A stretch of 64,000 nt of DNA, taken from contig CAWHTE010000001.1 in the NCBI GenBank assembly GCA_963832165.1, positions 544,001-608,000 on the forward strand, given 5' to 3'. Position 1 is the stretch's first letter. Each line of letters begins with the position of its first letter. Both the position numbers and the translations under genes were made by a program. A model generated the notes under the pieces. The model was not told the origin of the DNA. It saw only the letters and a program-made list of their open reading frames with translations, and made no database searches. The DNA is from an uncultured delta proteobacterium (GTDB lineage: Bacteria > Myxococcota_A > UBA9160 > SMWR01). This document shows positions 1 through 9,976 of this stretch, piece by piece.

Positions 1-15
1 TGGAGGGCGAAGTCC

Positions 16-891
16 GTGAGCGACAGCCGTGTGCTGATGGAACGCGACGAGAGCACGGGCATCGCCCGTCTCACGTTCAACAACCCCGCTCGCCGCAACG
101 CGTACGACCCCGGGATGCGCGAGCAGCTCGGCGCGTACCTCGACGAGCTCGCGTCGGACGACGGCATCAAGGTGGTCCTGTTGCGGGGGCAGGGCGGCAT
201 CTTCAGCACGGGCGCCGACATGGCGAACGCCTACTCCTGGTACGGGAAGGACGCCGCCAAGGAGAACGGCGGGAGCCGCCGGCAGCGGCCGAGCCAGCGG
301 CGGCGGCTATCCGTCGACCGCAAGACCTTCGACTTCTACCACAACTTCCTCGGCTATCCGAAGGCGATCGTGGCCGAGGTGCGCGGCTTCGCGCTCGGAG
401 GCGGGTTCGAGATGGCCCTGATGGCCGACATCTCGGTCGTCGCGCGCAACACGATGATCGGGATGCCCGCAACGCGATTCCTGGGGCCGGCACTGGGATC
501 GCTGCACATGTTCTTCTACCGCCTCGGCCCGGTGCTGGCGCGGCGCCTGCTCCTCACCGGAGACACGATCGCCGCGGAGAAGCTGGAGCACCTGTCGGTC
601 TTCACCGAGATCACGGACGACGAGGCCGTCGAGGCGCGGGCGAGCTGGTGGGCCCAGAAGGTCGCTCGCATGCCCGCCGACGGGATCGTGATCGCAAAGG
701 AGGCGTTCCGGCTGGTCGAACAGCTGCAGGGGTACCAGGGGGAAGAGGTCGCGAGCTACCTGTTCCATGCTTTCGGCACGAACCTGCAGTTCGAGGAGAA
801 CGAGTTCAACTTCGTGAAGGCGCGCGCCGAGCACGGTGCGAAGCAGGCCTTCGAGATCTGCAAGACGCATTTCGAGGTGCCCGAGCCCTGA
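16..891 (+). CDS. Enoyl-CoA hydratase/isomerase (crotonase) family protein
   Basis: Crotonase motifs ARLTFNNPARRNA, FSTGAD, GFALGGGFEMAL; GGAG upstream of GTG start. Confidence 0.9.
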   Translation: MSDSRVLMERDESTGIARLTFNNPARRNAYDPGMREQLGAYLDELASDDGIKVVLLRGQGGIFSTGADMANAYSWYGKDAAKENGGSRRQRPSQRRRLSVDRKTFDFYHNFLGYPKAIVAEVRGFALGGGFEMALMADISVVARNTMIGMPATRFLGPALGSLHMFFYRLGPVLARRLLLTGDTIAAEKLEHLSVFTEITDDEAVEARASWWAQKVARMPADGIVIAKEAFRLVEQLQGYQGEEVASYLFHAFGTNLQFEENEFNFVKARAEHGAKQAFEICKTHFEVPEP

Positions 892-916
892 GCCGCCCCA
901 AGTGGCTTCACGCGAC

Positions 917-2578
917 ATGAGACGCGTCGACCCGACGCGCTTCGAAACCGCGGTGGCGCTTGCACTCACGCTCGCCGCGGTCGCGCTGCACGTCCTGACC
1001 TTTCTTCATCGGGGCGCGCTCTGGCGCGACGAGGCCAATGCGGTGGAGATGGGGCGCATGACGCTGCGCGCGGCTTGGGCCCATCTGCCCTTCGACTCGC
1101 TTCTGATGGGTCCGATCGCCGTGTATCACGGCATGGCGATGGCAGGCCTCGCGGCCGACGACACCGCGTTCCGCGCGCTGGGCCTGGCGTTCGGGATCGC
1201 GATCCTCGCTCTTCTGTGGTGCGCCGGGTTGCGGCTGCTCGGACGGCCGCCGCTGATCGCGCTGGTGCTGTTCGGGCTGTCGCCGGTCGGCGTGCGCTAT
1301 GGCGATTCGCTGCGCGCCTACGGTCTCGCGATCGCGACGCTCCTCGCCGCCTATCTCTCGGGCGCGCTCGCCGCGCGGCAGCCGTCGGCGCGCAGGGTGG
1401 CGCTGGCCTCGCTCGCCGCCGCGGCGGCCGTGCAGTGTTCGTATCTGAACTCGGTGCTGATCGCAGCGCTGTGTGCGGGTGGTGTCGCGGTTGCGCTCCG
1501 ATCCGGCGACCGACGGCGGGCCGTGATCGCGCTCGTACCCGGTGTCGCAGGCGCCGCGTCGCTGTCCGTGTATCTCGAGCGCATGCGCGCGACGTGGGCC
1601 GTCCTGGACGTGCAGGTCCGGCCCGTGAGCTGGGCCGAGACGCTCGAGCAGTTCGCCGCGGCGATTGCCACGCCATCCTCTCCCGCGATCGCTACCTGTT
1701 GGCTGATGGCCGCGGTCGCGGCGGTAGTGGCCGCGGCCTATCGCTTCGGGGGGCGACTCGCCGAGGATGAAAGCAGTCGCAGCAGCGCGGTATTCGCAAG
1801 CGCGGCGCTCGCGACGGCCTTGCCGCTCTATCTCTTCTTCGTGAAGCAGGCGGGCGTGAACCCGTTGCCATGGCACTTTTCGCCGCTCCTCGCATTCAGC
1901 GCACTGAGCCTCGACGCCATGATCGGGATCGGCGCGGGCGGCGCTTCGCGCGCTCGTGCAGTGCGCGCGCTACTCGTGGCGCTCGCGGCGGTCGCCGTCT
2001 TCCCGACGGCAGCGGATTTCGTGCGTCTCCGGCATACGAACGTAGATCGCGTTGCGGCGATCCTGGAGGATCTCACCGTAGAGGGAGATCTGGTGGTGGT
2101 TTCGCCCTATCACCTCGGGGTCTCGTTCGGGCGCTATTACCGCGGTGCTGCGCAATGGGTGACGCTGCCGCCCGTAGACGACCACCGCGTGCACCGCTTC
2201 GACCTGCTGCGAGCGGCGATGGCGTCGGAGAATCCGCTCGAGCCGGTCCTGGATCGCGCAGACGAAACGCTGCGCGCCGGCCATCGGGTCTTCGCCGTCA
2301 CCGACATCCCGATCTTCCGCAATCGGCCTTCGCGCCCCGAGACTCCACACGTTCCGGATCCGGATTGGGGGTGGAATGCGAGCGGTCACCTCATCGTCTG
2401 GTCGCTCCAGTTCGGTCATTTCCTCCAGACCCATGCCGCTCGCGGAGAATCGATTCCGGTTCCGGAGGACGACGATGTGAGCCCGCACGAGCGGTTGCTT
2501 CTGATCGAGGCCGAGGGAGTGATCGCGCTGCCAGCCACCAGCGGCGCGCCGAGCTCGAACCGCGCCGGATCGCGCTGA
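917..2578 (+). CDS. Multi-pass membrane protein, putative GT-C fold glycosyltransferase
   Basis: LWRDEA after first TM helix, SLRAY loop, many TM segments and a soluble C-terminal domain; ATG 917 chosen within ORF 836..2578. Confidence 0.6.
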   Translation: MRRVDPTRFETAVALALTLAAVALHVLTFLHRGALWRDEANAVEMGRMTLRAAWAHLPFDSLLMGPIAVYHGMAMAGLAADDTAFRALGLAFGIAILALLWCAGLRLLGRPPLIALVLFGLSPVGVRYGDSLRAYGLAIATLLAAYLSGALAARQPSARRVALASLAAAAAVQCSYLNSVLIAALCAGGVAVALRSGDRRRAVIALVPGVAGAASLSVYLERMRATWAVLDVQVRPVSWAETLEQFAAAIATPSSPAIATCWLMAAVAAVVAAAYRFGGRLAEDESSRSSAVFASAALATALPLYLFFVKQAGVNPLPWHFSPLLAFSALSLDAMIGIGAGGASRARAVRALLVALAAVAVFPTAADFVRLRHTNVDRVAAILEDLTVEGDLVVVSPYHLGVSFGRYYRGAAQWVTLPPVDDHRVHRFDLLRAAMASENPLEPVLDRADETLRAGHRVFAVTDIPIFRNRPSRPETPHVPDPDWGWNASGHLIVWSLQFGHFLQTHAARGESIPVPEDDDVSPHERLLLIEAEGVIALPATSGAPSSNRAGSR

Positions 2579-2619
2579 CCGATCGCCCCACCGCGCGTTT
2601 TCTGCGATGATGCGCAGGC

Positions 2620-4311
2620 GTGTCTCCGCGGCTGCTTTCGCCTCGCTGGTTCGTGGTCGCCATCGCCACGCTGCTGCTCGTGCCGTTCCTCGGCAAGCCC
2701 TTTCACATGGACGACACGCTGTTCTTGAAGATGGCCGAGCGCATTCTCGAGCACCCGTTCGACCCGTACGGTGGCACCCTCGTCTGGTACGAGTGGCAAC
2801 AGTCGATGGCGGACGTGATGCAGAACCCGCCACTCGGTGCGTACTGGATCGCGCTCCCGGGCGCACTGACCCACTTCAACGTGTTCGCGTTGCACGTGTT
2901 CGGTCTGCTGCCCGCAGTGGCGATCGTGCTCGGGACGTACGCACTCGCCGCGCGCTTCTCGCGCAGGCCCGCGACGGCCGCGCTCCTCGTCGCATCAGCG
3001 CCGATCTGGCTCGTGTCGTCGACGAACATCATGTGCGACGCGCTCGCATGCGCGCTCTTCGTGTGGACCGCCGTGGCGTTCTTGCACGCCTTCGATCGCG
3101 CGTCGACGTGCGGCTTCGTCCTCGCGGGTGTTCTAGGCGCCGCCGCATTCTTCGCGAAATACCCCTGCATATTCGTCGTGCCGCTCCTGAGTGCGTACGC
3201 GCTCGCGCGTTTGCGCGCGGTGGGAGCGCGCGCAATCGGTCCCTGGTGCTGGTTCGTCGTCGTCGTTGCGATCGGAGTCGCCGTGCACGAGGCGTGGACT
3301 GCGGCGCTCTACGGCGCGCCCAAGTTCCTCGGCGCGAGCTTGTACGCCGGCGCGTACGGCGCTGAAGTCTCGCCGTCGTTTCGCGCGGGTGCCGCGCTCG
3401 CGATGCTCGGCGCGGGAGCTTGCGGTGCGGGCGTGCTCGCGGTGATCGCGTTCGCCGCGCGCGGCAAGAGCAGAGCGCGCGCGGGGATCGTCGCCGCCGT
3501 CGTGCTCGCGATGGTGGGGTCCGCGGCGGCGACGGGTCGCCTCGCCGGCAGCAGTGTCCTCGACGCCACGAACGCGATCGATGCGTCATTCCTCGCGCAA
3601 CTCGTCGTCGCGCTGGGGCTCGGCATCGCGATCTTCATCGCGGCGCTCGCGGAGCTGCGGACGCTTCGGTCGACGCATGCGGGGAGCGCACCCGACGCAC
3701 GCGCGGACGCGCTTCTCCTCGCGCTCTGGGTGCTCGGGTTCTTCGCGTTCGCCGCGTTCGTCAACTGGACCGTCAACGCGCGCTCGTTGCTCCTCGCGGT
3801 TCCGGCCGTCGCAGTGGTCATCGCGCGCGCTCTCGACTCCGCGGCGATCGCGATGCGCCCGCCGTTCGCCGTCATCGCGGCCAGCGCTGCGATCGCGCTC
3901 GTCGTGTCGCTCGCCGATCAGTCCGTCGCCGTCGCGCAGCGCGACGCCGCGGTCGAGATCATGCAGCGGGCGCGCGGCGCGACGTCGCGCGTGTGGTTCC
4001 AGGGTCACTGGGGCTTTCAGCGCGCGATGGAGGAGCTGGGCGCGGAGCCCGTCGACTTCGTGCGCACTCGCGTCGCTCCCGGGGAGTGGATGGCGCTGCC
4101 CGACCTGAACACGAACGTCCGCGACCCCGATCCGGCGTGGACTCCGCTCTTCGTCGTGGAGCGTCCCGTCTTTCCGTGGGCGACCACGATCGATCCGACG
4201 CTGCGAGCGGGCTTCTATTGGTCGAGCGATCTCTACCCGCTGCCGTTCGTATTCGGCAGGCCCCGCGACGATCGCACGGAGGTGTACGTCGTCGGCCCGC
4301 CGGCGTCGTAG
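2620..4311 (+). CDS. ArnT/PMT-like (GT-C) membrane glycosyltransferase
   Basis: HMDD acidic motif after TM1, QNPPLG, NIMCD and AKY motifs; many TM helices. Confidence 0.7.
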   Translation: MSPRLLSPRWFVVAIATLLLVPFLGKPFHMDDTLFLKMAERILEHPFDPYGGTLVWYEWQQSMADVMQNPPLGAYWIALPGALTHFNVFALHVFGLLPAVAIVLGTYALAARFSRRPATAALLVASAPIWLVSSTNIMCDALACALFVWTAVAFLHAFDRASTCGFVLAGVLGAAAFFAKYPCIFVVPLLSAYALARLRAVGARAIGPWCWFVVVVAIGVAVHEAWTAALYGAPKFLGASLYAGAYGAEVSPSFRAGAALAMLGAGACGAGVLAVIAFAARGKSRARAGIVAAVVLAMVGSAAATGRLAGSSVLDATNAIDASFLAQLVVALGLGIAIFIAALAELRTLRSTHAGSAPDARADALLLALWVLGFFAFAAFVNWTVNARSLLLAVPAVAVVIARALDSAAIAMRPPFAVIAASAAIALVVSLADQSVAVAQRDAAVEIMQRARGATSRVWFQGHWGFQRAMEELGAEPVDFVRTRVAPGEWMALPDLNTNVRDPDPAWTPLFVVERPVFPWATTIDPTLRAGFYWSSDLYPLPFVFGRPRDDRTEVYVVGPPAS

Positions 4312-4338
4312 GAGTCGTCGCCGTCGGAGACGACGCCG

Positions 4339-5235
4339 CTACGACGATCCCTTCTTCTTTGCCGCAGCTGCCGCCATCGCGTCGATCAGGTCGAGCATGG
4401 GAAGGCGCTCGGCGCCGATCCCGGTGTCGATCCGATCCGCGATCTCCTCGGGCTTCCAGCGGCCCTCCTTCGTCATCGTGCGCACGACGACCGGCTGGTT
4501 GTAGACGCCGATCTCGCCGCCGTTGATCGAGTAGATCTGGCCCGTGATGTGGCGCGCGCGGTCGCTCACCAGGAACGTGACGAGCGGCGCCACGTCTTCG
4601 GGCTCTCCCATCTTGAAGTCCATCGGCACCGCACCGGACATGCGGCTCTTGGCCGCGGGCGCCACGCAGTTGGCGGTCACGCCGTACTTGTACAGACCGG
4701 CCGCGGCACTGCGCACGAGCGACACGATCCCGCCCTTGGCCGCGCTGTAGTTGGCCTGCGCCACGCTGGCCGCGAAGGCGCCAGAAGTGAAGCCGATCAA
4801 CGCACCCGACTTCTGCTCGCGGAAGATCGGTGCGGCGGCCCGGAACACGGTGAAGGTTCCCTTGAGATGGGTCTCGATCACGGGATCCCACTCCTGCTCC
4901 CCCATGTTGAAGAGCATGCGCTCGCGCAGGATGCCCGCCACGCAGACCACGGCGTCGATGCGGCCGAACGCGTCGACCGCGCGCTGCACGATCGAGGCGC
5001 CGCCCTCCATCGTCGTGACGCTGCTCGCGTTCGCGACGGCCTTGCCGCCCACGGCCTCGATCTCCTTCACCACCGCGGCTGCGACCTCGCTCGTCGGCGC
5101 CGTGCCGTCCACCGCCACGCCGTAGTCGTTGACCACGACGCTCGCCCCGTGCAACGCGAGGTCGATCGCCACCGCGCGTCCGATACCGCGACCCGCGCCC
5201 GTTACGGCTACGGCCTTGCCGTCGAGAAAGCCCAT
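4339..5235 (-). CDS. SDR family oxidoreductase
   Basis: TGAGRGIG Rossmann motif, YSAAK catalytic motif; start MGFLDGK. Confidence 0.9.
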   Translation of the reverse strand: MGFLDGKAVAVTGAGRGIGRAVAIDLALHGASVVVNDYGVAVDGTAPTSEVAAAVVKEIEAVGGKAVANASSVTTMEGGASIVQRAVDAFGRIDAVVCVAGILRERMLFNMGEQEWDPVIETHLKGTFTVFRAAAPIFREQKSGALIGFTSGAFAASVAQANYSAAKGGIVSLVRSAAAGLYKYGVTANCVAPAAKSRMSGAVPMDFKMGEPEDVAPLVTFLVSDRARHITGQIYSINGGEIGVYNQPVVVRTMTKEGRWKPEEIADRIDTGIGAERLPMLDLIDAMAAAAAKKKGSS

Positions 5236-5251
5236 CAGACGTCTCCTCCGC

Positions 5252-6895
5252 TCAATTCGTGCGTTGTTTAGTGGCGGCCACGGCCTGCTCGGCCGCAGAA
5301 CGCGCCCAAGGATAGTCGGGCTTACCGCTGGCGTGACGGTGGACGCGTTCGCAGAACGCGATCGCGCGCGGCGCCTTGAACCGGGCGATCGACCGCGCGA
5401 CGAACTCCCGCAGCTCGTAGGGGTCGATCGTCGTCTCGGGGCGGAGCGCCACGATGCCCACGAGCTCTTCACCGAACCGATCGCTCGGTCGTCCGACGAC
5501 GAGTGCATCGACGACGTCGGGGTGTCCGCGCAGCACCTGCTCGACCTCCTCGACGAAGATCTTCTCCCCGCCGCTGTTCACGACCAGGGAGTCGCGCCCG
5601 AGCAGCACGATGCCGCCGTCCGGCGTGAGTCGTGCCCGGTCGCCCGGGACCGCGACGCGCTGACCGTCGATGATCGGAAAGGTCTCCTCGGTCTTCTTCC
5701 GGTCGCCGAGGTAGCCGAGCGGCACGCGTCCGCGCCGCGCGGTCCAGCCGACCTCGTCGTCGCCCGGCGCGAGGAATCGGCGGCGATCCGCGGAGAGGAC
5801 GGCGGCCCCGGCCGCGGGCGCGAAGCTGCGCGACGGCGCGGCTCGCCGCGTCGCACCGAAGGCCATCCCGCCCGTCTCCGATGCACCGTATCCATCGATG
5901 ATCGTGATCTCTGGCAGGAGATCGAGCAGCGCGTCCTTGTTGGAATCGCTCGTGACGGCTCCGCCCGTGGCGATGGTATGCAACGACGCGAGGTCGTAGG
6001 TCCGCTCGCGCAGCTCGTCGATCAGCCGGCGTGCAAAGGCGTCTCCGACGATCGACATGAAGTTGACGCGCTCGCGAACGACGGTCTCGAGGATGGCGCG
6101 CGCGTCGAACGGTGCCCTGTCGTCGTGGAGGACGATCGTCCCACCCGAGTGGATTCCCGAGAACACCGTCCATTGGGCCGCCGCGTGCATGAGCGGCGGC
6201 GCTGCGAACCAGGTGCCGACACCCGTCGCTGCACTCGCCGAGAGGGTCTCTGTGGAAGTGTCGTCGGAGCCGCGCATCGCGGAGACGAAGATGTCGGCCT
6301 GGCGCCAGAGCACGCCCTTGGGCGAGCCCGTCGTGCCTCCCGTGCACATGAGATAGAGGTCGTCGGGGGACGGGGTGGGGAGGTCCGCTTCGGCGGAGGT
6401 TTTGCCGACCGCGTCTTCGAAGCTCGTGCTGCCCGCGAGCGGCGCGACTCCCGATCCGTCGTCTACGTCGACGAGCAGGAGGCTGCGGGGTCGCGCGACC
6501 TCGTCGACGAGCGGACCGAGTGCGCGGTGGTAGACGACGACTTCGGCGTCCAGCATGTCGAGCAGGCGGTCGATCTCCGCGGGTCGGTAGTGCTGATTGA
6601 CGTTGAACGGAACCGCCCGCGCGCGCCAGCAGCCCAGCATCGCTTCGATGTATTCCGGGCAGTTGTAGAGCAGCAGCGCGACGGTCGCCTGGCCGCACTC
6701 CCACCGCTCGAGCTCGCTGCGCTCGCGGCGCACGCCGATGCCGTGATGCCGCAGGTACGCTGCGAAGTTCCGGGTTCGCGACGCCACCTCGGCGTAGGTG
6801 CGCCTCGTCTCCTTCCAGACCACCACGTCGCGATCGGGCGCAGCAGCCGCGACGGCGTCGTACACGGCCGGCAGAGACCATTCCCTCGCGTTCAT
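5252..6895 (-). CDS. Acyl-CoA synthetase (AMP-forming, FadD19-like)
   Basis: TGGTTGSPKGV, GYGASETG, GRDSLVVNSGGEKIF motifs; GGGAG upstream of MNAREW. Confidence 0.88.
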   Translation of the reverse strand: MNAREWSLPAVYDAVAAAAPDRDVVVWKETRRTYAEVASRTRNFAAYLRHHGIGVRRERSELERWECGQATVALLLYNCPEYIEAMLGCWRARAVPFNVNQHYRPAEIDRLLDMLDAEVVVYHRALGPLVDEVARPRSLLLVDVDDGSGVAPLAGSTSFEDAVGKTSAEADLPTPSPDDLYLMCTGGTTGSPKGVLWRQADIFVSAMRGSDDTSTETLSASAATGVGTWFAAPPLMHAAAQWTVFSGIHSGGTIVLHDDRAPFDARAILETVVRERVNFMSIVGDAFARRLIDELRERTYDLASLHTIATGGAVTSDSNKDALLDLLPEITIIDGYGASETGGMAFGATRRAAPSRSFAPAAGAAVLSADRRRFLAPGDDEVGWTARRGRVPLGYLGDRKKTEETFPIIDGQRVAVPGDRARLTPDGGIVLLGRDSLVVNSGGEKIFVEEVEQVLRGHPDVVDALVVGRPSDRFGEELVGIVALRPETTIDPYELREFVARSIARFKAPRAIAFCERVHRHASGKPDYPWARSAAEQAVAATKQRTN

Positions 6896-6935
6896 CGCGG
6901 CGCTCCCTTCACGCCCGTCCCCGGGGCGTGGTACG

Positions 6936-6948
6936 ATACAAAAAGTAT
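6936..6948. promoter_or_regulatory. Candidate operator ATAC-N5-GTAT in the AT-rich divergent intergenic region
   Basis: Short palindrome between divergent acyl-CoA ligase and GntR genes. Confidence 0.3.
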
Positions 6949-6969
6949 AGATGTTTTGAGAGGGGAGCA

Positions 6970-7767
6970 TTGGCGCGATCGGGCAAGGGGCCGAAGAAGC
7001 GAAACGCGGCGGCGCCCCGCGCCGAACGCGTTCGCGTGCGCGAGAAGCCCCAGCAGATCGCCGACGAGCTCCGACGGCTGATCGTCTCGGGTGAGCTCTC
7101 CGAAGGGGAATCACTCGGCCGCGAGCCCGAGCTCGTCGCGCGTTTCGGAGTGTCGAGGCCGTCTCTGCGCGAGGCGCTCCGCATTCTCGAGGCGAAAGGC
7201 CTGGTGTCGGTGGTGCGGGGCAGGGGCGGCGGCGTCGTCGTGCACGAGCCCGACGAGCGGATGGCGGCCATCAACGCGGCGTTGCTGCTCCAGGCGCGCA
7301 ATGTGTCGGTGGCCGACGTTCACGAGGCGCGGAGCCTGTTGGAGCTCGCCGCGGTTCGCGCCGTCGCGTCGCAGCGGTCGCGGCGTTCGGCCGTATCGGA
7401 GCTGCAGCGGCTGGTCCGCGATCAGATGGACGTGATCATGGATCCGGACGCGTTCGGTCCCGCCAACGCGCGATTCCACGAGCACGTCGTCACGCTCGCC
7501 GGCAATCGCACGCTGAGCATCTTCGCGGAGATGCTGAACGAGATCGTCTCGCGTGCGGTGACCGAGGTCAGCAAGACGGGGTCGGAGGGCGACTCCGTGG
7601 CGACGCGTCGCCGCGGCATCCGTTCTCAGCAGAAGCTCGTCTCGCTGATCGAAGCCGGAAAGGCGTCGGAGGCCGAGGCGCACTGGCGCACGCACATGGC
7701 GATCGTCGGGCGCGTCCTGCTCGGTCAGCGCGCCGCGACGGTCATCGATCTGCTCGACCACCACTAG
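6970..7767 (+). CDS. GntR/FadR family transcriptional regulator
   Basis: HTH REPELVARFGVSRPSLREAL plus FCD-like C-terminus (ANARFHEHV); TTG start after AGGGGAG. Confidence 0.9.
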   Translation: MARSGKGPKKRNAAAPRAERVRVREKPQQIADELRRLIVSGELSEGESLGREPELVARFGVSRPSLREALRILEAKGLVSVVRGRGGGVVVHEPDERMAAINAALLLQARNVSVADVHEARSLLELAAVRAVASQRSRRSAVSELQRLVRDQMDVIMDPDAFGPANARFHEHVVTLAGNRTLSIFAEMLNEIVSRAVTEVSKTGSEGDSVATRRRGIRSQQKLVSLIEAGKASEAEAHWRTHMAIVGRVLLGQRAATVIDLLDHH

Positions 7768-7803
7768 CCCGAAGGCGCGCATTGGCGCGATTCTGGGTCC
7801 GTC

Positions 7804-9018
7804 ATGCAACCCCTCATCATCGCCGTTGCACTCGCTTTCGCCGCTGTGTGTTCTGCCGCTTCCGCGAAAGAGGACGGCAAGTACCTCACGATTCTCGGCG
7901 ATTGCGCTGGCTGTCACACCGACACGGACGGCCAGCTCTACGCCGGCGGCCGCGCACTGATCTCGCCCCTCGGCACCTTCTACACCTCGAACATCACACC
8001 CGATCGCGAGACCGGCATCGGCAATTGGACCGCGGACGATTTCTGGCAGGCACTTCATGACGGCCGCAGCAGGAATCGGGGCCATCTCTATCCCGCGATG
8101 CCGTATCCGCACTACACCATGTATTCGCGCGCCGATAGCGATGCGATGTTCGCCTATCTGCAAGGTCTTCCGCCGGTCTCGAACGTGCCGCCGAAGAACG
8201 AGATTCCCTTCCCCCTCAACATGCGATTCCTGATGGTCATCTGGAATGCGCTCTACCTCACAAAGGGTGAATACGTCCCGGATCCAGCGAAATCTGCCCA
8301 ATGGAATCGAGGCGCCTACCTCGTAAAAGGTCCGGGCCATTGCGACGATTGCCATACGCCGAAGAACTTCCTCTATGCCAATCGCGAAAGTCTCGCGCTC
8401 TCGGGCAACCTCGTGGAGAACTGGTGGGCCTCCGATCTGACGGCCGACGATCGCGAAGGGCTCGGTGCCTGGAGTGCGCCCGACATCGTCGAGTACCTGA
8501 AGACCGGCCGTAACCGGCATCTCATGGCTGCCGGATCCATGGCAGTCATCGTCACAGCCTCGACGAGCCAGATGCGTGATGACGATCTCGCCGCCATTGC
8601 GGCGTATTTGAAAGATTTGTCGCCGGTGATCGAGCAGCAGGCGTTGCCCGAACCAGCTCCGTCAGCGATGAACGCGGGCCGCAAGCAGTTCCGCAAACAC
8701 TGTCAGGACTGCCACAACTATGACGGCACCGGTGTTCCCCGCCGCTATCCGACGCTGGCAGGCGCTACAACCGTGCAGGCGCGGGATCCTACGACGATCA
8801 TTCGCATCATCTTGGAGGGCATGGAGCCTCCTGCGATCAGCGCGCGTCCGGATGACGAACCGATGCCCGCATACGCAAAAAAAATGACGGACGACGAAAT
8901 CGCCGACGTGACGACCTATATGCGCAATGCCTGGGGCAACCGTGCGTCAGCGGTTTCCGCGCAGCAGGTGCAGGACCTGCGCAAGAAGCTCGCCGCGCTC
9001 GCCGCAAAAGAGCCCTGA
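7804..9018 (+). CDS. Tri-heme cytochrome c (alcohol/gluconate dehydrogenase cytochrome c subunit family)
   Basis: Signal peptide; CAGCH, CDDCH, CQDCH; NITPDRETGIGNW and LYPAMPY family motifs. Confidence 0.9.
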   Translation: MQPLIIAVALAFAAVCSAASAKEDGKYLTILGDCAGCHTDTDGQLYAGGRALISPLGTFYTSNITPDRETGIGNWTADDFWQALHDGRSRNRGHLYPAMPYPHYTMYSRADSDAMFAYLQGLPPVSNVPPKNEIPFPLNMRFLMVIWNALYLTKGEYVPDPAKSAQWNRGAYLVKGPGHCDDCHTPKNFLYANRESLALSGNLVENWWASDLTADDREGLGAWSAPDIVEYLKTGRNRHLMAAGSMAVIVTASTSQMRDDDLAAIAAYLKDLSPVIEQQALPEPAPSAMNAGRKQFRKHCQDCHNYDGTGVPRRYPTLAGATTVQARDPTTIIRIILEGMEPPAISARPDDEPMPAYAKKMTDDEIADVTTYMRNAWGNRASAVSAQQVQDLRKKLAALAAKEP

Positions 9019-9056
9019 GCGCCATCCCGGAGCCGCGGGTCGTCGAAATCGGACGG

Positions 9057-9133
9057 TGGCGCCCCGGGAGGGAATCGAACCCCCGACCCCCTGCTTAGAA
9101 GGCAGATGCTCTATCCGACTGAGCTACCGGGGC
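9057..9133 (-). tRNA. tRNA-Arg (TCT)
   Basis: Cloverleaf GCCCCGG...CCGGGGC-G-CCA; anticodon loop CTTCTAA; GGTTCGATTC T-loop. Confidence 0.97.
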
Positions 9134-9167
9134 ACGCTGCAGAGGCTAGCAAGCTGTTTCTCGCGGT

Positions 9168-9196
9168 TTGACACCCCCGGGCCCCCTGGATAGCTT
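9168..9196 (+). promoter_or_regulatory. Sigma70-type promoter for tRNA-His
   Basis: TTGACA - 17 nt - TAGCTT, 12 nt upstream of the tRNA. Confidence 0.7.
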
Positions 9197-9208
9197 GGCC
9201 CGCTTCGC

Positions 9209-9286
9209 GGTGGGCGTAGCTCAGTTGGTTAGAGCGCCGGGTTGTGGTCCCGGAGGTCGGGGGTTCGAGTCCCCTCGCCCACCCCA
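9209..9286 (+). tRNA. tRNA-His (GTG)
   Basis: G-1, GTGGGCG acceptor stem, anticodon arm CCGGG-TTGTGGT-CCCGG, C discriminator, CCA. Confidence 0.97.
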
Positions 9287-9325
9287 ACCGGCGCTCGAAT
9301 CGCGTCACCCCGGTTAGTCCGCGCC

Positions 9326-9757
9326 TTGGATCTCTCCCTCCTACCGGCCGTCAACGCTTCGCTGAACGCGGTGGCGGCGCTGTTGCTCCTGCGGGGTCGG
9401 AGACTCGCACGCGCGAGACGCATCGATGCGCACCGGCGCACGATGCTGTGCGCGTTCGCGGTGTCGACGCTCTTCCTGGCGCTCTATCTGCTGCACAAGA
9501 TGGCGCGCGGGTTCGAGAGCACGACCCTGCACGTCGGGGGGGCGGCCAAGGCCGCCTATCTACTGATGCTCGCGAGCCACGTCCTGCTCGCGATGACGGT
9601 GCCCGTGTTCGCCATCCAGCTGATCCGCCACGGCCTCGCGGGCCGGATCGAGCAGCACCGGCGGCTCGCGCGGATCGCGTGGCCGATCTGGATCTACGTG
9701 TCGCTGACGGGCGTGCTGATCTACCTCTTGCTCTACCAGTGGAATCCCGGCGCCTAG
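9326..9757 (+). CDS. DUF420 family membrane protein (oxidase-assembly associated)
   Basis: LPAVNASLN, HRRTM, HRRLARIAWPIWIYVSLTGV motifs; likely TTG start. Confidence 0.85.
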   Translation: MDLSLLPAVNASLNAVAALLLLRGRRLARARRIDAHRRTMLCAFAVSTLFLALYLLHKMARGFESTTLHVGGAAKAAYLLMLASHVLLAMTVPVFAIQLIRHGLAGRIEQHRRLARIAWPIWIYVSLTGVLIYLLLYQWNPGA

Positions 9758-9976
9758 GTCTCCTCTGCTCGCGGCGCAAAGCACTAATCTGGCAGCGGAA
9801 AATCGCGCCGCTGCCCGCGAGAATCGGCCTTGAACGCGCTGACCCGATTGGCTACCCGTCCCGGCGTCGCAACCCCCTCCGGCGGCGCCCGATTCGGCTC
9901 TCGATGCGGGCTGGCTCCGGCGGTTCCGCCGGCGACGCCAGTCGAACCGCCACTCGTCACCTCGTCACGCAATGGG

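Noticed and set aside
5129..7081. Long antisense or alternate-frame ORFs (also 27679-30378, 33627-36191, 47512-50094)
   Set aside because: Shadow ORFs typical of high-GC DNA, overlapping well-supported genes and lacking motifs.
7768..9056. Integrated element with att duplication at tRNA-Arg(TCT)
   Set aside because: No copy of the tRNA 3' end was found on the far side and there is no integrase.
9760..9976. Riboswitch or strong promoter upstream of the cox operon
   Set aside because: No recognisable aptamer; TTGAAC-17-TACCCG is only a weak match.
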